Source: Chiloscyllium plagiosum (lineage: Eukaryota). Taken from it: 64,000 nt of DNA. The DNA lies in contig NC_057750.1 in assembly GCF_004010195.1 (NCBI RefSeq), positions 8,537,524 through 8,601,523 of the forward strand, in the 5' to 3' direction. Below the pieces are notes generated by a model that was not told the DNA's origin, made no database searches, and saw only the letters and a program-made list of their open reading frames with translations. This document shows positions 61,586 to 64,000 of the stretch, in pieces (position 1 is the stretch's first letter; each line of letters opens with the position of its first letter). The position numbers were made by a program, and so were the translations under genes.

Positions 61586-62649
61586 AAGAGGGAGAGAGGT
61601 GTGTCAGGTGGTGAGTTTACATGGAGCCACCTGCATCAGATGAGATGGGATCCTTGTTATGATGGTACAGGGAATTGAATCCATACTGTTTTTATCACTT
61701 GGCATCACAATGCAGCAAACTGAGCTTACAGTCCCTGAGGTGGTGAGGTGTGTCAAATGTCCTTGTTCTGAGTTTTAGTGCTCTTTGAGCCATGCAGATA
61801 CTGCTTGATATCAACCATGAGTACGGCCAGACAATTCACGTAGTCCAGCTTAAGATGACCCCTTTTACAAGGGTCATGGAAGGTGTCCGTTTTGAAGCAA
61901 CAATGTGGACATTCATCTATTCAGTACAATATTCACAGAATAACAGTGAGCAGAATCCAGGCTCAGATGGGAAGGAGAAATGTGTGGAATTTCTTCCAGC
62001 CTCTGGAAATGCTTCAGCTCCCCTCCGTTTAAGAAGCGAGCGCAGAAACTAAGTATTCTGACATTTCAGTACAGAGTTTGAAGTACATCTTTTTTCAGGG
62101 AAAAAAAACCCTGTTTTTTATTTCAGTCTTTCTGTGTCAGAATGCAGCAACAATGAAAATCTCTGAGTGAAGTGAGTGTGCTGGAGACAGCCTTTTGTTT
62201 CCTCTGCCACATGCAGTCATTGGTGTTGTCTCTTGCATATATTGATTTCGACAGTTTTAATGGTTGTTGATCTGTGTTAATAGCTCCTCAACGATGTAGA
62301 TTTGTCAAGGACTAGCTTCCCAGTATTAACCTCGCTGTCTGTTTCTGATTAGACAGGCAGTTCTATAGGATTCTCGGCCCTAGCTCTTACTGCATTAAAA
62401 AATCATAGAATGGTTACATCCCAGAAGGTGGCCTTTCAGCCTACTAGGTCTGTGCTGACTGTCAGAAACTGTAAAGTTATTTTGTACCATTCATCTGCCT
62501 TTTCTCAGTAGCCTTGCAAGTTCTTCCTCTTCAGAGAGTAATTACATTTTCTCTTGAAAGTCATCTCCTCCTCACTCTGTAATCACAACCAGATCCCAGT
62601 CACTCACTAAATGAAGAAAATTCTCCACATTGTTGATGCTTAGTTACAG

Positions 62650-63155
62650 CTGTGTGTACCATCTAAAAGATGCACTGTAGCAACTCACCAACACTCCTCT
62701 GACAGCACTATCCCAAACCTGTGACCACTGTCCTGTACAAGGACAACGGCAGTAGGTACATGGGAACATCACCCCTGCAGTTCCCCTCCCAGCCACTCAC
62801 CATCCCGATTTGGAAATGTTTTATTCACTCGCAGGATGTGAACGACGCTGGCAAGGCCAGCATTTATTGCCCATCGCTAGTTGCCCAGAGGGCAGTTAGG
62901 AATCAACCATTATACTGTGAGTCTGGAATCACTATGTATAGGCCAGACCAGATAAGAATGGCAGTTTCCTTCCCTAAAGGACATTAGTGAACCAGATGGG
63001 TTAGTTTCAGCAATCGACAATGGATTCACAGTCATCATTAGACTCCTAATTCCAGGTTCTTATTGAATTCATATTGTACCATCCGAGTCCCCAGAATAAG
63101 ACCTGGAGTCTCTGGATTTACAGTCCAGTGATAATGCCACTAGGCCGTCACCTCC
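62650..63155. mobile_element. LINE 3' fragment (family of 28380, plus) followed by SINE B (62818-63155, minus)
   Basis: gtgtaccatctaaaagatgcactg matches ~28670; antisense SINE B tail and body. Confidence 0.78.
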
Positions 63156-63589
63156 TCAGAGGGGAAATAGTCCTAAATGGCCTACCCTGTATCCTTAGAT
63201 CTTTCATTGCCACTGACAAAACCCTTACAGGGCGTGACAAAGTAAAAGTGGAGAGGGTGCTTCCCCCTGCTGAGGTTGGGGGAGGTAAGATGGATCAGAA
63301 AGAGCGACACAGTCTCTGGATAATGGGTGTGGCATTGATAACGGAGACAAGGAGGAATTTCTTCATTCAGAGGTGAATCTTTGGAATTTTGTACACTGTG
63401 ATAACTCAATCACTGAGTGTGTTCAAAACAAAAGATTGATGATCTGGATATTCATGTCATCAAAGGATATGGAGCTAATGGGGAAAATGGTGTTGGTTGA
63501 TGATCTGCCGTGATCTGATTAAATAACAGATCTGTTTAAGTACTGCTGCTTCTGTTCCATTGATTCTTGGATTTTTTCTTTCACAGTAA

Positions 63590-63790
63590 AAAGTAAAGTC
63601 ACCATAGTTCTGGTGTCTCATTAGAGAGAGATGACTGGTGGTGGTTTAACCTGAGAATCACCAAACCTCAGGTGAGGGGAGAGATTAAGATGGTGGGACT
63701 TTCATGGTAACTTCAGCTGGCGAGGAATTTGAACCCTGTGTGTGTCACTCTACAACACAAACCAACCACCAGCCAACTAAGCTAACCAAT
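63590..63790 (-). mobile_element. SINE family C
   Basis: aaagtaaagtcaccatag...ggtggtttaacctgag...cagccaactaagctaa. Confidence 0.78.
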
Positions 63791-63817
63791 CCCCTCCCTT
63801 GACAGTAATTGTCTGGT

Positions 63818-63964
63818 TTCTGGATTAGTGGTGCTGGAAGAGCACAGCAGTTCAGGCAGCATCCGAGGAGCAGTTCCTCGGATGCTGCCTGAACTGCTGT
63901 GCTCTTCCAGCACCACTAGTCCAGAATCTGGTTTCCAGCATCTGCAGTCATTGTTTTTACCTAG
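63818..63964. mobile_element. Palindromic PLE pLTR insertion (P1b)
   Basis: 52-bp arms at 63818-63869 and 63875-63926 with one mismatch; right arm continues to the tail gtcattgtttttacctag. Confidence 0.92.
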
Positions 63965-64000
63965 TAATCACCTGGCGTTAAACCTGACCAGGGTTTGAAA

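Noticed and set aside
61792..62052. 86-aa ORF in unique sequence
   Set aside because: No recognisable homology or convincing splice signals; this length is expected by chance.

Overview
Eukaryotic, repeat-dominated non-coding DNA, either intron or gene desert. It is almost certainly from a shark: HE1-type V-SINEs, SacSINE1-type DeuSINEs and shark-type CR1 3' ends are present, and a carpet shark is my guess only. No host protein-coding gene, rRNA, tRNA gene or CRISPR array is supported; the recognisable ORFs in the track are TE fragments or low-complexity sequence. Content: many CR1 LINE fragments; L2, Rex1/Babar and RTE fragments; four tRNA-derived SINE families; minisatellites; several TE-free islands that look like conserved non-coding elements; and more than 20 Penelope-like element (PLE) pieces. 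The most interesting biology is in the PLEs. (1) At least four PLE families each carry a minimal hammerhead ribozyme (HHR) motif with covarying stems. (2) A 303-nt internally deleted, HHR-containing mini-PLE occurs twice with the same deletion junction and resembles a retrozyme. (3) Short inverted PLE insertions with TSDs form near-perfect hairpins whose breakpoints cluster at the ribozyme. (4) A ~2.9-kb inversion with both breakpoints in PLE sequence has split a CR1, leaving its 17-bp TSD in inverted orientation. Boundaries were read by eye (about +/-10-30 bp for old repeats) and family names come from remembered consensus features, not database searches.
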